Shown here piece by piece: positions 60,777 through 64,000 of a stretch of DNA of 64,000 nt. Under the pieces are notes generated by a model. It was not told the origin of the DNA and searched no databases. It saw nothing but the letters and a program-made list of their open reading frames with translations. This DNA comes from Bilabrum cf. latius (lineage: Eukaryota), in assembly GCA_965178125.1 (NCBI GenBank), contig OZ237771.1, forward strand, positions 248,001-312,000. The letters run 5' to 3'. Numbering within the stretch: position 1 is the first letter of the stretch; each line of letters begins with the position of its first letter. The translations under genes were made by a program, and so were the position numbers.

Positions 60777-63260
60777 TCAAAGGGTACAAGTTCCCCCCGT
60801 CACAGATGCACTAGACACTTGCGACCTGCTGAAGTACTCCCAGTCGTGAGCTGGCACCCCAAGCATGAAGGACCGGCGGGATGCGTCGTACCTGGCCTGC
60901 TCCGCTGCATCCAAGTTCTTGTCGTGTGACCACGTTGAAGTACCTGCGAATCCAGCGCCCGTGTCCTTGCCTTCGTCAGCAGCTTTCACGAATGCCCCTT
61001 GCTTCGCCTCAAATGCATCGTTTGCTTCCTTGAGAGCATCTTCGCTTGAAGGCAGGTAGGCGTCCAGCCAGTGTGTTTCGCCGGATTTTGCCATCACCTG
61101 CAGGCACATGCGCTGGGTGACATGCGTGTGCCTGCTATGGAGAGCGCGCGGAATCGGGTAGGGCTCTCTGAGCGATTTCAGGTGGAACTCATATCCCAAG
61201 TCCACTCCCAGCACAGCTCGCATTGCGTGGCGAATACTGCTCCTGGTCTCGGTCATGGACTCGAGGTGCGGGTAGATGCTGCTGCCCTTGGAGCCGCTGT
61301 TACAAGCAGATGGAAACTGAACCAGCAAGGGAATCGGCTAGTACTTCTTAGGTTTAGCATACAGCGTCCAGGTGCCCGGCACAGTGGGTCGCTTCCAGAC
61401 AGGACTGAGTTCAACAGGCGGCTCATTACCGACGGCACCGGTGCTCTCAGCTCGAAACACGCTCATGGGCGACATGCGGTCAGCGGAGAATTCCAAAGCA
61501 AAACTGCCCCTGGCGTTCAGCTAAACGGTAAGCATTGGAATATCTTCGCCCTCTGAGTCCATATCTGGGATTGGCCACCATAGTGGCACACCTGTCTGGT
61601 GCTCACTGCTTGGATCATGCAGCTGGCACCTGGATTCACCGCGCCGCATGCCCTCAAGACTGTAGGCATCCAGCTTGAAGGTATTGCCCAGGTCCCGGTG
61701 ATCGATCCTGCGGTACTGCACTGGGATGCCGCTGTCCATGTCGTGACGAGTATCAGCCTCTGCTTCAGGTGAAGATGCACTGTCGGACTTGCCATCCGGC
61801 GTTGCTTCGGTTTGAGAGTACGCCTCCGCCTTCGAGTGCAGCACATCACCTACCACCTCCCGGTACAGCGACCGCTGCTTGCACTCGTCACTGCCCATCG
61901 CATGGACTTTGGACCAGTCCAACTTCATGCTCACCGCGTCAGGGATGGTGATTTCCTCAGGCTCCTAGAAACCTGCCTCCAGTTGCGAGCAGAACCCAGT
62001 CACCACGCAGATGCGACGAACCGGGCACAGCTTCCTCGGCGAACGCTCCCCAGCACCGCCACACGTCGGGAGCCAGTGGCCACAGGCATCGGAAGCACCA
62101 CCTTCCGGCATGTGCTTCTTCGGGCAGTACCCCTGGCTGCCCACGTCCAGCATGGCATGCAGCGCCACCCAGCTGTAGGCCTCCATGGGCAGCATGGCGC
62201 ACGTGCGGTCCAGCCTCTCGTCTGCATCCGTCGGTGGCTTGTCTCCGAACATGGCCTCGAAGCTGCTGCACACGGACTCGGAAGGAGGATCGAATCCCGT
62301 CTCTCCTTTCTCCGCGCAGGCGAGACGAGTGGGAGCATCTCCTGGATCAGCTGGCGGTGCACCTGCAAGAGTCTGCCTGTGCTTTGGTCCCCCTGTGAGC
62401 ACATAGTCGGCCACCACGTTCTGGCACACTCGACAGCGATCTGTGACGTGATGGTCGTCCCTGTTCTTCTCAACGGCATCGCTGTCAGCTGTGGCGGGAC
62501 TCACCGTGGTTGCGTCCTCGTTGGCGATCTTGACCTCCTCGTGATCGATCAGCCGCTTTCGGTTGAAGGCTTCGTAGTCTGCATCGAGCTGCTCGCAGTC
62601 TTGGATCGGCAGGGACCGCACGTCGTCCCATCCGTTGGCCGGGAGGCTGTTGTGCTTCTCGATGAACAGCTTCAGGGTCTCGCACGTGTCCTTCGGCAGA
62701 CCAGCCCTCCCATTCTCCAGCATCGACAGCACGGTCTACGCCGCGTGAGACACAGCGACGATGTCGGAGGCCTTGCTGATCCGCTCTTCGGTCGCGGCCC
62801 AGAGCAGGAACTTCCTGGCTTTGGCGGCCTGGAACACCTGAGACATCGTCATCTCTTCATCGACGGACTTGCCACTCGGGTCCACTAGGAACCCATTCCC
62901 GCTGACGAAGCACCTCTTCGCGATCGCCTCCATGTCTTCAGGATCTTGATCAGTTTTGCCGGCGCTGATGGCCACCTGATGGCATGCCTTGCGATCCAGC
63001 ACGATGCTGTACGAATGGCGCGGCGACACCTGCATGGCGATGGGTGCCGGCAGCTCGCTCACCCTCCTTGCCCACTGGTCGATGAAGCTGCTCTGCGTGT
63101 CCTCGTCCTGCGTGGCGCTGACCAGCCCTGGCTCGCCCCCCTGCACCACGATCTTGACGTCTCTCACAAGAGAGGCAGTGCGGCTGGATTTGGAGTTGGA
63201 CCACGAGGCCGAGAGCTCCACGGCTTGCTTGCCACCGCTGGCAGCGAGGTTACCCAGCAT
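60777..63260 (-). CDS. Array gene M copy E (B-type variable block)
   Basis: TAG at 62736, 61965, 61521 and ~61338. Has CAG where copies A-D have TAG (AAE-Q-ARY). Confidence 0.75.
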
Positions 63261-63472
63261 GAGGGCCCGTCGGATGGAGGGGCCGTCTTTGTGGTATTAT
63301 TACGTGTTGATCGTCCGATGCTCTCGATGATTCTGCATCGGTAAGTTTCGCGGAAGGCATGATGGCTCTCCCCAAAGTCTCGACGCTGGTTGCAACCGGT
63401 CGGTCCGGGACCAATTGTCAAGATGAAGATATCGGCTGATGGACTGGCGAAGCATTTCTATTGAATTTTCAA

Positions 63473-64000
63473 ATGGCAGGTGCGGCTGGCTCTGAGCCTT
63501 CCAATGATTTGGTTAAATATTCAGATCTCGAAGAGAAAACCGAAGGTCTCGAGCGTCACTTTGAAGCGCCCACCGAAATATCACTTAGTACTGCAGATCC
63601 TTCTTCTGTTGTACTCGGTGACGTAGTGTGGAGCACGATCAAAACTCAGGTTGTCGTATTCAGCACTTTGGATCATGTGGTCGGCATGCCTGCAGGATTT
63701 GCGCTTGCGCTAGTCTACCAGTTTCACATCAGCGAGCTGGAGATTATTTGCGTGGAGACTGGTGCCGTGGCAGCGTCCATTCTATATGATGAAGATCAAG
63801 GAATATTTTGGGACAAGTTCTTGATTCCACCTTCAGGCAAATTCTACCACATGAACGGAGACATTCTTAAGATCGATCTGCACGCCATGGCGGCTTCATG
63901 CGTGGTAAGTGGCCGCGAACTATCGAGAAGTGTTGGCATTCTCCACCATGATATCGGGCTCTTTGTTAGCCCTCTTACACCGTTTCAGATATACATGATA
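63473..64000 (+). CDS. Array gene P copy 6, partial (near-identical to copy 4)
   Basis: ATG GCA GGT at 63473; open to the window end. Confidence 0.75.
   Translation, partial: MAGAAGSEPSNDLVKYSDLEEKTEGLERHFEAPTEISLSTADPSSVVLGDVVWSTIKTQVVVFSTLDHVVGMPAGFALALVYQFHISELEIICVETGAVAASILYDEDQGIFWDKFLIPPSGKFYHMNGDILKIDLHAMAASCVVSGRELSRSVGILHHDIGLFVSPLTPFQIYMI

Larger units (their letters stand above)
41114..64000. repeat. Tandem array of a ~4.32-4.37-kb two-gene cassette (>5 units; continues past the window end)
   Basis: Gene P starts at 41761, 46086, 50454, 54823, 59150 and 63473 (periods 4325, 4368, 4369, 4327, 4323). Confidence 0.97.

Noticed and set aside
1-64000. TAG interruptions as mass pseudogenisation or RIP-like C-to-T hypermutation
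   Set aside because: No accompanying CAA>TAA or CGA>TGA nonsense changes or frameshifts were seen. Catalytic motifs are intact, and TAGs are retained across diverged copies and in single-copy genes.
1-64000. TAG as pyrrolysine or leucine
   Set aside because: Aligned paralogue positions are overwhelmingly CAG (Gln); the DNA is eukaryotic and no pyl genes are present.
41114-64000. Array unit as a transposon or endogenous virus/virophage
   Set aside because: No transposase, integrase, polymerase, capsid or packaging-ATPase motifs and no terminal repeats were recognised; it cannot be fully excluded without HMM searches.

Overview
GC-rich, gene-dense eukaryotic (protist-like) nuclear DNA with few short GT-AG introns; no rRNA, tRNA or CRISPR seen. 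The supplied ORF track is fragmented because TAG appears to be a sense codon (Gln) while TAA and TGA still terminate genes. In-frame TAG aligns with CAG in paralogues at 9 or more sites, and reading it through joins the fragments into long, frameshift-free genes. Reconstructed genes: a low-complexity protein plus a frameshifted duplicate; two PINK1-like kinase-armadillo proteins (3 vs 14 near-identical ARM repeats); an FG-GAP type-I membrane protein; a peptide:N-glycanase with a long C-terminal extension; a ~2060-aa ankyrin/PH-like/IQ/WW protein; an unknown ~810-aa protein; and a folate-receptor-like x2 + VWA/Cache (alpha2delta-like) protein that looks like three GPI-type modules in one ORF. 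From ~41.1 kb to the end is a ~4.3-kb tandem array of a two-gene cassette with mosaic, apparently co-varying hypervariable blocks. The 10-mer CTCGTCACAC is strongly over-represented on both strands and in several reading frames in the first 41 kb. All alignments and counts were done by eye.
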